Assembly (NCBI GenBank): GCA_016839605.1
Contig: JAEOTX010000044.1
Span: 42,171 to 106,170, forward strand
DNA from: Candidatus Thorarchaeota archaeon
Lineage (GTDB): Archaea > Asgardarchaeota > Thorarchaeia > Thorarchaeales > Thorarchaeaceae
DNA: 64,000 nt
Reading direction: 5' to 3'
A program made the translations under genes and the position numbers. The notes beneath the pieces were generated by a model, which saw only the letters and a program-made list of their open reading frames with translations, searched no databases and was not told the origin of the DNA. Positions 19,909 to 29,516 of this stretch are shown here, one piece after another (the first letter of the stretch is position 1; each line of letters opens with the position of its first letter).

Positions 19909-21066
19909 TTGGTTGAGATTAGACTAGAAAACTTGCGGAAAACCTTTGGTGAAGTAGTCGCTACTGACGAAGTGACAATGGTCCTAGAGGAGGGAGAACT
20001 TTCTACACTCTTGGGACCATCTGGTTGCGGGAAGACAACCCTTCTGCGCTTGATTGCTGGTTTCTACGTACCTGACAGAGGGACGATTCACTTTGACGAC
20101 AAGGAAGTCACAGGTGTGCCTCCACATAAGAGGAACACGGGAATGTGCTTCCAGAACTACGCACTGTGGCCACATATGACTGTGGCCGATAATGTATCAT
20201 ATGGACTGAAGCTGAAACGAGTCGATGGCATGAAGTATACCAAGGGTGCTATCGAAAAACGAGTCAACACCGCATTGGGTCTTGTGCACATGGAGGAACT
20301 TGGCAAGCGCCATATCCATCAGCTATCTGGTGGTCAACAGCAACGTGTGGCACTTGCACGAGCACTTGTGATTGAACCAGGCGTACTCCTCCTCGATGAG
20401 CCACTCTCAAATCTTGATGCAAAGCTGCGGCTTGAGATGAGAGAGGAAATAATGAGAATCCAGAGTGAGCTATCAATAACCACAGTCTACGTGACGCACG
20501 ACCAACATGAAGCACTGAGTATCTCAGATAGAGTGGCTGTTATGGATCTGGGATATGTGCAACAATTTGCATCTCCCAGAGAGATTTACTCAGATCCTCA
20601 GACAGTCTTTGTTGCAGACTTCATAGGTCAATGTACATTCCTTGACGGTGTCATTCAATCGGTAGGTGAATACATCGATGTCACCCTGCCGGATGGACAG
20701 GCAATCAAGGGAAGGACCACCATTGAAGGATATCCATTCGAGAAAGGCGAGGCGGTCAAGTGTGCCTTTAGGCCAGAAGACCTTCATCTTCAGCAAATGG
20801 ATCCATCCGATAACAAGATCACAGGCAAGGTGACTAGAACCATCTATATCGGAAATGGTCTTGAGGTGTATTTTGAAGTTGGGGGAGTCAGTGCACAGTC
20901 GCTCCTGGATCCCGACCTTGATATGAAAGCGGGGGACAGTATTACTCTCTTCGCACCGCATCGTGAAGTGATGGTTCTACCATTGGGCGGAGTAGAGGCT
21001 CTGAGGAAAGTTCCGGGGCATCCCATGGCTACAGGTAAGATGCCATCTATGGCTTCGAATGTCTAG
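19909..21066 (+). CDS. ABC transporter ATP-binding protein (FbpC/PotA-like with TOBE domain)
   Basis: GPSGCGKT, LSGGQQQR, LLLDEP, VTHD. Confidence 0.95.
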   Translation: MVEIRLENLRKTFGEVVATDEVTMVLEEGELSTLLGPSGCGKTTLLRLIAGFYVPDRGTIHFDDKEVTGVPPHKRNTGMCFQNYALWPHMTVADNVSYGLKLKRVDGMKYTKGAIEKRVNTALGLVHMEELGKRHIHQLSGGQQQRVALARALVIEPGVLLLDEPLSNLDAKLRLEMREEIMRIQSELSITTVYVTHDQHEALSISDRVAVMDLGYVQQFASPREIYSDPQTVFVADFIGQCTFLDGVIQSVGEYIDVTLPDGQAIKGRTTIEGYPFEKGEAVKCAFRPEDLHLQQMDPSDNKITGKVTRTIYIGNGLEVYFEVGGVSAQSLLDPDLDMKAGDSITLFAPHREVMVLPLGGVEALRKVPGHPMATGKMPSMASNV

Positions 21067-23071
21067 TAGTGACCGCAACGCCCCTCGAGAAAGCCCTCAT
21101 CTCTGAGCCATTGAGAAGAGCTCTTCCTACACCTAACAAACTGCCCTGTTCATCAGTCACTATAACCTCCTCTCCAGCCCGCAGTAAGGGGTCTGCATGT
21201 GTGACAAATTTGGCAAGCGCAGACTTTCCCTTGACCACAAACTCACTCACTTCATTCTTGATGGCGACACGATATCTAGCATCAAGGTTCATCTGAATGA
21301 GCTCAAGACCTCCTTCATATGTAGGAGTGAAGAGCCCAGTTGTGGGGACTAGCGTAAAGAGGATCTTATCATTACGCTTCACATAACGTATTTTCCCTGT
21401 GCTCCTAGACGTGACAAACTGCAGCTTCTGGCTATCCTGCATTTTCGAGAAGTCGATATCCCATTGATATGCTAAAAGCGCATGCAGCTTTCTCTTTTCC
21501 CAGCTGGCATTGTCATCGATGGGGATCTCTTCTATGCGTTCCAGATTTTCAATCCGCTCTAGTCCATACTGCCGCTGAATGTCTGGTCCCACTTTATCAG
21601 TGGCAGTATCGCGTGTAAGCCAGAACCCATGCTTGAAAGTGAGATTATCCAACATTTCGTGAATGCGTTGTAATGTAACAACGAGCTCGATCTCCCCAAA
21701 ATGCTGTGGAAAAATGCATTGCTGAGCAGGATGTACATGTTCCAATTCCCAGGGTATTGCACCTGAAGGAGTGACGAAAATCAGCAGGAGGCGTTCATTA
21801 CTCCGTTTTCGAATCTCTTCAACAGCCTTGGGAAGGGTATCTGCGAAGGGTCTATCGCCAAGATGGGGTACCAGAAGCACCGTTTCAGTGGTGTGATACG
21901 GATATCGCTCAATGACTCTTGAATGGAATGTGACCATCTCTGGTCGATGTAGCGTTTCCGGACCGGTGTACATAATCGATGCTGATTTGCCTAAGGGGTC
22001 TGATTGGACAATCTGTTCTGAGTTTCTCATCATTGTAGAGAATGCCTCAAGAAGAGTAGGATGACCTACTGATCGCGCAGCAGCGAGCTCAAACAACTTC
22101 CCGTCTCTTATCGCCTGTCGTACCCTACGCATTTCAGCAGCGCTTGCGTGGAGGTTGTGGCTCATCAAACTCAGGTCTCGATCAGGTTTGTCAAGCTTCA
22201 GGAGCTCTTTGACATCTGTTGTGCTGCAGATTGGACACTCACATGGGAGTTCTTCCAACTGGTCTAGGTGCATTGTCCCGGTGGGGAAGAGCATTCGACC
22301 TGACTCTGCAAACTTGGCATATGATGCTGAATCGAAGAGGTCACAGCCCAATAGCGCAGCTTGAGCAAAGAGCATCGGATGCCCACATCCAAACAAATGG
22401 ACTGGTCTGTCTGGTGGAAGGTGTTTCTTTGAAGCGAGTACTATTCGTACAATCTCTGAGTAGCGATACTGCTCCATCAGAGGGACTACTCCGCCAATGG
22501 GATGTACGTCGAAGTCCATCAAAGCCAGTTCTTTCGCTGAGCTCTCTCTAAGGTCCTCGTAGATGCCTCCTTGGATTGTTCCCGCGAGCATCATTTCTCC
22601 TTTCTCTGGCACTGAGAGCCGTGCTCGCTCTAGCGAAACCGCGACATCCTGTTCTACCTTAGTCCTTCCAACTTTTGGATCCGAGAAAACGTCTAGAATA
22701 GTTCCTATATCTGAACCAATACTCTTCTGAAATTCGACAATTTCTAGTGGGTCGATTTCTCCTTCAGCTAGACCATGGAAATACATCTGAAATGTTCCAG
22801 AGTCTGTCATGATCGGACCATCAAAATCGAGCAGCCCATGAACACCTGATTCAATTGCTTTTGCACGGAAACGGTCGTGCGACCGAATGATGTATGAGTT
22901 TGTAATCACCATCTGAAAACCAAACTTGTCAATCAAATCCCGAGGAGTGATTGCAGATTTGCCTGGATGTACTACTGGCATAAGGAGCGGTGTCTTTACA
23001 GTACCATGGGCTGTGGTGAATCTTCCAAGCCTTGCCAGTCCATCCTTTGCACGTATTTCGAAGTGGCTCAT
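21047..23071 (-). CDS. tgtA: Archaeosine tRNA-guanine(15) transglycosylase with PUA domain
   Basis: TDSGTFQ, GGVVPLME, HLFGCGHP, FDSASY, CECPIC, C-terminal PUA domain. Confidence 0.92.
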   Translation of the reverse strand: MSHFEIRAKDGLARLGRFTTAHGTVKTPLLMPVVHPGKSAITPRDLIDKFGFQMVITNSYIIRSHDRFRAKAIESGVHGLLDFDGPIMTDSGTFQMYFHGLAEGEIDPLEIVEFQKSIGSDIGTILDVFSDPKVGRTKVEQDVAVSLERARLSVPEKGEMMLAGTIQGGIYEDLRESSAKELALMDFDVHPIGGVVPLMEQYRYSEIVRIVLASKKHLPPDRPVHLFGCGHPMLFAQAALLGCDLFDSASYAKFAESGRMLFPTGTMHLDQLEELPCECPICSTTDVKELLKLDKPDRDLSLMSHNLHASAAEMRRVRQAIRDGKLFELAAARSVGHPTLLEAFSTMMRNSEQIVQSDPLGKSASIMYTGPETLHRPEMVTFHSRVIERYPYHTTETVLLVPHLGDRPFADTLPKAVEEIRKRSNERLLLIFVTPSGAIPWELEHVHPAQQCIFPQHFGEIELVVTLQRIHEMLDNLTFKHGFWLTRDTATDKVGPDIQRQYGLERIENLERIEEIPIDDNASWEKRKLHALLAYQWDIDFSKMQDSQKLQFVTSRSTGKIRYVKRNDKILFTLVPTTGLFTPTYEGGLELIQMNLDARYRVAIKNEVSEFVVKGKSALAKFVTHADPLLRAGEEVIVTDEQGSLLGVGRALLNGSEMRAFSRGVAVTTRHSKP

Positions 23072-23166
23072 TTCCGTCCTTTTGGTGTGTCCTTGGATTT
23101 ACCCAAGAATCTTTCCTTTTGACAAGAATGGAACGCTTTAAGATGGTTCAGTCTAGCCAAATATCA

Positions 23167-24453
23167 ATGACTGTCGTCAAAGCTTTACTTGTACAGAGGC
23201 GAGGTCACAAAGACCCGAATCTACTCAGTGAGTTTGAGGCTTTGGCAACCACAGCAGGCTATGAGGTATCGGGGGTCTTTGACATTGTAAGTGCGCCATC
23301 AGCTAAGTATGGCATCAGAAGTGGAAAAGTTGAGGAGATTGAAACTTGGATTGAAGTAAATGAACCAGACTTCGTTCTATTCTCACCGACCCTGAAATCG
23401 GGTCAAATGTTTCGACTTATTGAGCGATGGGAGATTGAAGTACGAGACAGAACTCAGGTGATTCTTGAGATATTTGATCGTCACGCACGTACCCCACAGG
23501 CCAAATTACAGATAGAGCAAGCGCGTCTCAGCTATGAACTTCCGTTTCAGCGTCATCAGATTCGAATTCGACTTCAGCAAGAACATGTCGGTGATAGACC
23601 AATCGCAGATCAGGTGGGCCCTGGAGAAAGCCCCTTGGAAATTCACATTAAGCACATTCGAAAGCGGATTGCATACATCCAGGAAAAGTTGGACACAATC
23701 TCCAGAAAACAGAGTTTGAAGAGAAGGGGTCGGGCAAAGAAAGGATTCGAGGAAGTAACACTTGCAGGCTATACGAATGCTGGAAAGAGCACCCTGCATA
23801 ATGCAATAACTGGCTCGGAAGTTGAAGTCGCTGACCAGTTGTTTACGACACTATCAACAAAGACCTCTACAATTGCAATACCGGGTCGTCAGGCTGTCCT
23901 CACTGATTCTGTTGGATTCATCAGTGATCTGCCGCGCTCTCTCCTTCGTGCATTCAATACGACGCTGATGGAGATTGGGGAAGCTGACGTCATTGTGTTA
24001 GTGGTTGACGGTTCTGACCCGTTAGACGAGATTGAGCGCAAGTTGAACACGTGCTTGGATACCTTTGTGGATATTGAAGCAAATGGCATCCCCGTTGTTA
24101 TCGCCCTAAACAAGATGGATCTCCTTGCTGAAGAAGAATTGACTCAACGCACTGAACTAATTCAAACTACCCACTCAGAAATCGTTCCTATTTCCGCAAA
24201 GAATGAAACGAATCTTGAAGAATTAATTGTGGCAGTAGAGCAAAGTCTAACACCACTAGCGAACTACCGCCTCGTTCTTCCTTATGATGATACGTCAATG
24301 TCATTGCTCTCCTGGCTTCATGATGTGACTTCAGTTATCAACCAAGAGTACAGCAAAGACACAATATCTGTTGATGTGACATTGGATGCCGTGCTTGCCC
24401 AGAAATTATCCAAGATGGTCACAGATGGGTCCCTTACTAAGATTGATGAGTGA
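23167..24453 (+). CDS. hflX: GTPase HflX
   Basis: DRTQVILEIF, GPGE, GYTNAGKST, LFTTL, DSVGFI, NKMD, ISA. Start chosen about 24 nt after a TTTAAG box. Confidence 0.93.
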   Translation: MTVVKALLVQRRGHKDPNLLSEFEALATTAGYEVSGVFDIVSAPSAKYGIRSGKVEEIETWIEVNEPDFVLFSPTLKSGQMFRLIERWEIEVRDRTQVILEIFDRHARTPQAKLQIEQARLSYELPFQRHQIRIRLQQEHVGDRPIADQVGPGESPLEIHIKHIRKRIAYIQEKLDTISRKQSLKRRGRAKKGFEEVTLAGYTNAGKSTLHNAITGSEVEVADQLFTTLSTKTSTIAIPGRQAVLTDSVGFISDLPRSLLRAFNTTLMEIGEADVIVLVVDGSDPLDEIERKLNTCLDTFVDIEANGIPVVIALNKMDLLAEEELTQRTELIQTTHSEIVPISAKNETNLEELIVAVEQSLTPLANYRLVLPYDDTSMSLLSWLHDVTSVINQEYSKDTISVDVTLDAVLAQKLSKMVTDGSLTKIDE

Positions 24454-24558
24454 GAACTCTGAAAACACACCAAAGTAGTTAAGAGGCTCACAACGGTTGC
24501 CTCTTCAACATCCACTAACAGGGAGGCCTCAAAACTGCCGGATACTCGTCTTGGACAG

Positions 24559-25455
24559 ATGTTGCAGAGCGGCCAGTTTGTAGTAACTGCTGAGATAAGC
24601 GCACCTCGAGGGTCGGACTACCTTTCGTTGCTTGAGAAGACGAGTATGCTCAAGGACTTTTGTGATGCAATCAATATACCGGACAATCCCCGCAGAATAC
24701 CAAGAATGAGCAGCATCGCCAGTGCACGTTTTGTTCTCGATGCTGGATCCGAACCGGTCTTACATATTGCAATGAGAGACCGCAATAGAGTTGCATTGAT
24801 GAGTGACCTATATGGCGCACATGCTTTAGGAATCCGCAACGTTCTATTCGTTACTGGGGACCTTCCAGGTCTTGGGTCAGACACCCAAGCCGAGATAGTT
24901 TCTGATATTGATTCAGTTCAGGCCTTGCAATTGGCTACTCGAATGATGGCTGGCAATGATCACGCTGGCGAAGAGCTAGAAGGAGTGCCCAATCTCTATC
25001 TGGGTGCGACCTTTGACCCATTTATTGAACCAATCAACGAACAGATTCGAAGAACAAGGTTGAAACATGAATCGGGTGCCCAGTTCTTCCAGACCCAAGC
25101 TGTTTACGATGTAGACCGCTTCGCAGAGTTTGTAGAATCTATTGAGGACCTGAATACGTATGTTCTGGCTGGTGTGGTCCCTCTGCAGGGACTCGAAATG
25201 GCCGAGTTTATGACTGAACATGTATCAGGCATCAACATACCTGATGCAATACTCCAGCGGCTAGAGAATTCTGCTGAGGGACTTGATGATGAGGAACAGG
25301 CAGCCCAGCAAGAAGGTCTGTTAATCGCGACGGAAACTATCAATTCACTGAGAATGATTGATGGTGTGGATGGTGTTCATATAATGGCAGTAGGCTGGGA
25401 ATCCTGCGTTCCAGAACTTGTCAAGTCTGCAGGTCTCTACCCCCGACCCAGTTGA
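24559..25455 (+). CDS. metF: Methylenetetrahydrofolate reductase (MetF family)
   Basis: FVVTAE, DAINIPDN, MRDRNR, VTGD, GAQFFQTQ, GVHIMA. The true start may be CTG at 24535. Confidence 0.88.
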   Translation: MLQSGQFVVTAEISAPRGSDYLSLLEKTSMLKDFCDAINIPDNPRRIPRMSSIASARFVLDAGSEPVLHIAMRDRNRVALMSDLYGAHALGIRNVLFVTGDLPGLGSDTQAEIVSDIDSVQALQLATRMMAGNDHAGEELEGVPNLYLGATFDPFIEPINEQIRRTRLKHESGAQFFQTQAVYDVDRFAEFVESIEDLNTYVLAGVVPLQGLEMAEFMTEHVSGINIPDAILQRLENSAEGLDDEEQAAQQEGLLIATETINSLRMIDGVDGVHIMAVGWESCVPELVKSAGLYPRPS

Positions 25456-25467
25456 GGTAGAACAAAG

Positions 25468-26385
25468 ATGTTTGTCTTCAAGAAAGAACAGAAGTCGTTT
25501 GACATCAGAGGTATCACAATCGGAGGCTATCCCGGAGAGAACCCAACTGTCCTTATAGGGGGCCTCTTCTTCAAGGGACAATCCATTGTTGAGAATACAA
25601 AGGAGGGTCTATTTGACAAGAAAGCAGCAAAAGACTGGCTTGACACAGGGATTAGCATGGCTGAGAGAACCGGCCACCCACTCATTGTAGAAGCATATGG
25701 CAGATCTGCTGTTGCTATGGAGCGGCATCTATCATGGCTTGTTGATAATTATGATGGGCCTTTCATGTACGAATCATCCAACGTAAGTGCTAGGAAGAGC
25801 GCCACTGAGTTCTGCAACGAGGCTGGTCTCACTGAGAGGGCCATTTACAATTCGGTCAATATATCGATGGATGAAGCTGAACGGGCATTCTTGAAAGAGA
25901 GTTCAATAAGCATGGCCGTATTGTTGGGATGGTCTCCAAAAGCAAGCTCCCTAAAGGACAGGATGGAAGTAATTGAAAACACAGTTGTCGAGGCGAAGAC
26001 ATTTGGAATAGAGAAATTCCTAGTCGACCCTGGTACTATGCCCGTAGGTGCAGGGTATGGTCTAGAACTAAGAACGACCATGGCAGTAAAATCAGAGTTG
26101 GGTCTGCCTACCTGTCTTGCACCTCATAATGCACCATCCGCATGGAAGTTCATCAGGGAAGAGGATTTAGACCAAGAGGAAACAGCCAGCTCAGCAGTTA
26201 TCGCGTCAATAGTTGCCGCTCAGTTGTTCGCAACCGATTGCATAATGTATGGTTCAATGAGAAGATCGCGAGAAGTCTTCACTGCAGTAGCTCTTACACA
26301 GAACGCAATTGCCGCTTCTGTTGCAGAGGCAAATCAGGTGCTCGGAGTGGAGAAACATCTTTTCGAGCCTATAGCAAGTGAGTAG
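25468..26385 (+). CDS. MtrH-family pterin methyltransferase, divergent copy (MtgA-like features)
   Basis: IGGYPGENPTVLIG, IYNS, GIEKFLVDPG, APHNAPSAW, MYG. Confidence 0.85.
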   Translation: MFVFKKEQKSFDIRGITIGGYPGENPTVLIGGLFFKGQSIVENTKEGLFDKKAAKDWLDTGISMAERTGHPLIVEAYGRSAVAMERHLSWLVDNYDGPFMYESSNVSARKSATEFCNEAGLTERAIYNSVNISMDEAERAFLKESSISMAVLLGWSPKASSLKDRMEVIENTVVEAKTFGIEKFLVDPGTMPVGAGYGLELRTTMAVKSELGLPTCLAPHNAPSAWKFIREEDLDQEETASSAVIASIVAAQLFATDCIMYGSMRRSREVFTAVALTQNAIAASVAEANQVLGVEKHLFEPIASE

Positions 26386-26396
26386 GAGGTCAGGAG

Positions 26397-27080
26397 ATGT
26401 CGGGAAATGCATGGCCTCATGTGCCTGGGGACTTCGAAGTGGGAGACCCAAGTGGATCTGTTGCAATCTGTACCTTAGGTAAGAAGTTTCCAGTTCCTGG
26501 CAGCTATGCTATCATAGGCACATGCAAGACTGAGAATATTGGGATCGAACGGGTCATCATCAACATAATCTCGAATCCTTCTATCCGCTTTCTAATTCTA
26601 TCAGGACCTGAAGTACCAGGCCACCTGACAGGATCTTCAATGAAGTCGCTTTATGAGAACGGAGTTGACCCTGACACACGCAAGATCATAGATGCCCCTG
26701 GAGCTATTCCCTATATCGAAAATGTGCCACTTGAAGGAGTGGAGCGGTTTAGAAATCAGATTGAGTTTGTAGATATGATGAATATTTCCCGTGCAGAAGA
26801 GATTGCAGCAATGGCTGCAGAGTTGCATGCTAGAAACCCAGGCTCATTTTCTGGCGATCCTATGTTTGTAGATTTCAGAAGAGCTTCAAGTTCGACTCAG
26901 AGAATGGGAATCGGAGGTTCGATAACACTTCTCCCTGAATTTGGAGTATCACTGAGTCCCTTCTCCTTTTTAGTTGGTCCTCAGGAAACAAGCGCTGTAC
27001 TCACTGCACATCCAACATCCATTGGCATAGAAGTGCAATCTAGCGAATCAGGGACGATTCTCATTGGAAAGGAGATATAG
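26397..27080 (+). CDS. mtrA: MtrA/MtxA-like corrinoid protein without membrane anchor, novel C-terminal extension
   Basis: WPHVPGDF, CKTENIGIERVIINIISNPSIRFLILSG, VPGHLTG (Co-ligating His), GAIPYIEN. No hydrophobic C-terminal helix. Confidence 0.88.
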   Translation: MSGNAWPHVPGDFEVGDPSGSVAICTLGKKFPVPGSYAIIGTCKTENIGIERVIINIISNPSIRFLILSGPEVPGHLTGSSMKSLYENGVDPDTRKIIDAPGAIPYIENVPLEGVERFRNQIEFVDMMNISRAEEIAAMAAELHARNPGSFSGDPMFVDFRRASSSTQRMGIGGSITLLPEFGVSLSPFSFLVGPQETSAVLTAHPTSIGIEVQSSESGTILIGKEI

Positions 27081-27083
27081 ACA

Positions 27084-28019
27084 TTGTTTGTGTTTCAAAA
27101 AGAGCAATACATCTACGATATTGGTGGTGTAAAGATAGGTGGCAATCCAGGTGAGACTCCCACTGTTCTAGCTGGGACAATATTCTACGGAGGACATAAG
27201 ATAATTCGGGATGCATCCAAGGGAATAGTGGATGAGTCTGCTGCTGAGGAGCTTATCAATAAACAGGAAACAATGTCCGAAACAACTGGCAATCCCGCGA
27301 TGGTTCAGATATTCTCCGAAACTGCAAATGCAATGAAGAGGTACATAGATTTCGTATGCTCACATACAGAATCTCCATTCATCATCGATTCTACTGATCC
27401 TATGGTGCGGGTAGCAGGCTTGCATCATGCCGAAGAGATTGGACTCATTGACCGAGCAGTATACAACTCAATCAATATATCCGTAACTGAAGAAGAGCTG
27501 GATTCACTACGCGAACTCCAGCATGAGTGTGCCATTGTCCTTGCTTTCAACCCTCAAGATCCATCGACGGCAGGACGTAGAGCAGTGCTTGACGAGGGCG
27601 CAGCATCGCTAAAGCAAGGACTTCTGTCAATCGCAGAGGATGTAGGAGTGACAAAGCCACTAATTGACACAGCCACGACAGCTATGGGCGCAGGAGCTGG
27701 CGCTGCTGTTTCATTTACTTTTGTATCCAAGACCCTTTATGGACACCCAACAGGGTCCGGAATTCATAACGCTGCATCATCATGGACCTGGCTCAAGAAG
27801 TATAGAAAGGAGAACCGGGATGCCTACCAGATTTGTGATATCGCCTCGAATCTAGTCGTCCAGTCTTTAGGCGCTGACTTTATCCTCTATGGGCCAATTG
27901 CTAACGCCAACAGAGTCTTTCCAGCAGTTGCAATGGCTGACATCTTCTCAGCCGAGTCTGCAAAGATGGAAATGGGTTTAGAACCTCCTGAAAATCATCC
28001 TTTTAGGAAACTCCTCTAA
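27084..28019 (+). CDS. mtrH: MtrH-family methyl-H4MPT methyltransferase (canonical-like copy)
   Basis: IGGNPGETPTVLAGTIFYGGH, FIIDST, YNSIN, LAFN, GSGIHNA, GADFILYGPI, HPFRKLL. Confidence 0.9.
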   Translation: MFVFQKEQYIYDIGGVKIGGNPGETPTVLAGTIFYGGHKIIRDASKGIVDESAAEELINKQETMSETTGNPAMVQIFSETANAMKRYIDFVCSHTESPFIIDSTDPMVRVAGLHHAEEIGLIDRAVYNSINISVTEEELDSLRELQHECAIVLAFNPQDPSTAGRRAVLDEGAASLKQGLLSIAEDVGVTKPLIDTATTAMGAGAGAAVSFTFVSKTLYGHPTGSGIHNAASSWTWLKKYRKENRDAYQICDIASNLVVQSLGADFILYGPIANANRVFPAVAMADIFSAESAKMEMGLEPPENHPFRKLL

Positions 28020-28033
28020 GCGGAGGAAAAAAG

Positions 28034-29440
28034 ATGTCAAGAAAGCCGATTGTGGTTCGTCCCCGTAGCATTGGGCTTTCTTCACTGCGCATGGGGCGGT
28101 TCTATACTGTTGCATCGGTTGAACTAGGCAACACGACCACGAAATGCATAATCGTAACAACGAATCTGGAGACCGCAGAGATTTTCGAGATTGAAAAGGA
28201 GATTCGGATGACCAGAGGTGTTCGTCCACCAGTGAAGGGCGAGGAGGTCTTTGGCCGTACCCTCACAGGTGTAGATCTGACCCGAGAATCAGTTACTGAG
28301 TTGGTGTCAGACATTCTCAGAACCGCATTGAATCGTGCACGCCTTGACATTGAGAATGACCTTCATTTCGTTGTACGTTCCACGGGGGTGACCGCTGGAT
28401 TTGCCGATCCGGAGGAGGTTGGAGCGATTGTAAAAGCACTTGCAGAAGGCTGTCTTCATGCAGGTGTAGCACCTAGAAAAATGGCTGCCGCTATATCGCC
28501 AGAGAATCTTCCTCCTAGTCTGAGGGACTTCACCTGGCTTCACAAAGTATATTTCGATGGTGCAGTTGCTAGTTCGCTTCCTCCATCAAATGCAGAGATA
28601 GTTGCTAACGAGATGGAGGGTGAGTTAGTAACAGCTGGATTGAAAGGAGCGGCAAAGAGTACAGATGTCGACTTCAGAAATCCAGTCATGACACTTGATT
28701 TTGGAACTACCCTCGCAGGAAGAATAACAGATAACGGGCATCCGTATGCAAAGACCATCGGCTCATTTGCAGGTCTGGCAGGAGCGATTCCTGATGCGTT
28801 GGTCAGGGGAACGGGAAATGTGGAAGAACAGACTGGTTGTATCCTTGATATCAAAAACTCCGAGCGCCCTCGGAAAAATCAGATAGACGATTCTTGGGTA
28901 GATGAAATTCTTGCACATATACGAGTTGTACGAGTACCAACCGGAATTAGCAGATTTGGGACAGTTCCTGTCAACGTGAAAGCTGCAGAGGAATCTGACG
29001 TAATTCTGATGGGAGTAGATGCAGGAGAAAATGGATCTGGCCTATTAGACCTGGAACTAATCGGAAGGAAGATTGCTGAAGAATCCAGCATTGATACACT
29101 GTTGGCTCTCATCGATGTTGTGCAATTTCATGTTGTGCAACGTCTGGTCAACTTAGCGATTTCTGAGGGACTAATTCTTGATGACACTTCTTTCGGACTC
29201 ACAGGAAGAGCAATCACGACTGGAAATAAGCCCAGATTAATCAATTCACAGCTCTCGCTAGAAGATGGCAAAAGGTGGACTGAGTCGCATCAATTGCTCT
29301 TTGTGGAAGATGGTCTAGCAATGGGTGCGGCAGTTGCCGCTCGGTGTATGAATTCAATGGGAACGATTCATAATCCAATGGGCGGCCGAAAGGGGGACAA
29401 GTGTATAATGGGTGCTCGAATGAAGCGTCAGCGGTCATAG
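28034..29440 (+). CDS. Methanogenesis marker 14 protein (DUF2114, ASKHA-type ATPase fold)
   Basis: VASVELGNTTTKC, FVVRSTGVTAGF, NEMEGELVTAG, DFGTTLAGR, DGLAMGAAVAARCMNS. Confidence 0.82.
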   Translation: MSRKPIVVRPRSIGLSSLRMGRFYTVASVELGNTTTKCIIVTTNLETAEIFEIEKEIRMTRGVRPPVKGEEVFGRTLTGVDLTRESVTELVSDILRTALNRARLDIENDLHFVVRSTGVTAGFADPEEVGAIVKALAEGCLHAGVAPRKMAAAISPENLPPSLRDFTWLHKVYFDGAVASSLPPSNAEIVANEMEGELVTAGLKGAAKSTDVDFRNPVMTLDFGTTLAGRITDNGHPYAKTIGSFAGLAGAIPDALVRGTGNVEEQTGCILDIKNSERPRKNQIDDSWVDEILAHIRVVRVPTGISRFGTVPVNVKAAEESDVILMGVDAGENGSGLLDLELIGRKIAEESSIDTLLALIDVVQFHVVQRLVNLAISEGLILDDTSFGLTGRAITTGNKPRLINSQLSLEDGKRWTESHQLLFVEDGLAMGAAVAARCMNSMGTIHNPMGGRKGDKCIMGARMKRQRS

Positions 29441-29516
29441 GGATTCAATGCTTCAAATCTGCTCATTGAGAGGTTTTATCTTAGTATGCCGCCTCGCCCG
29501 ATTTGAGGAATCCTTT

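Noticed and set aside
25468-29440. Evidence of methanogenesis from mtrA, mtrH and marker 14
   Set aside because: No mcr or membrane mtrCDE genes are in the window, and MtrA has no membrane anchor.
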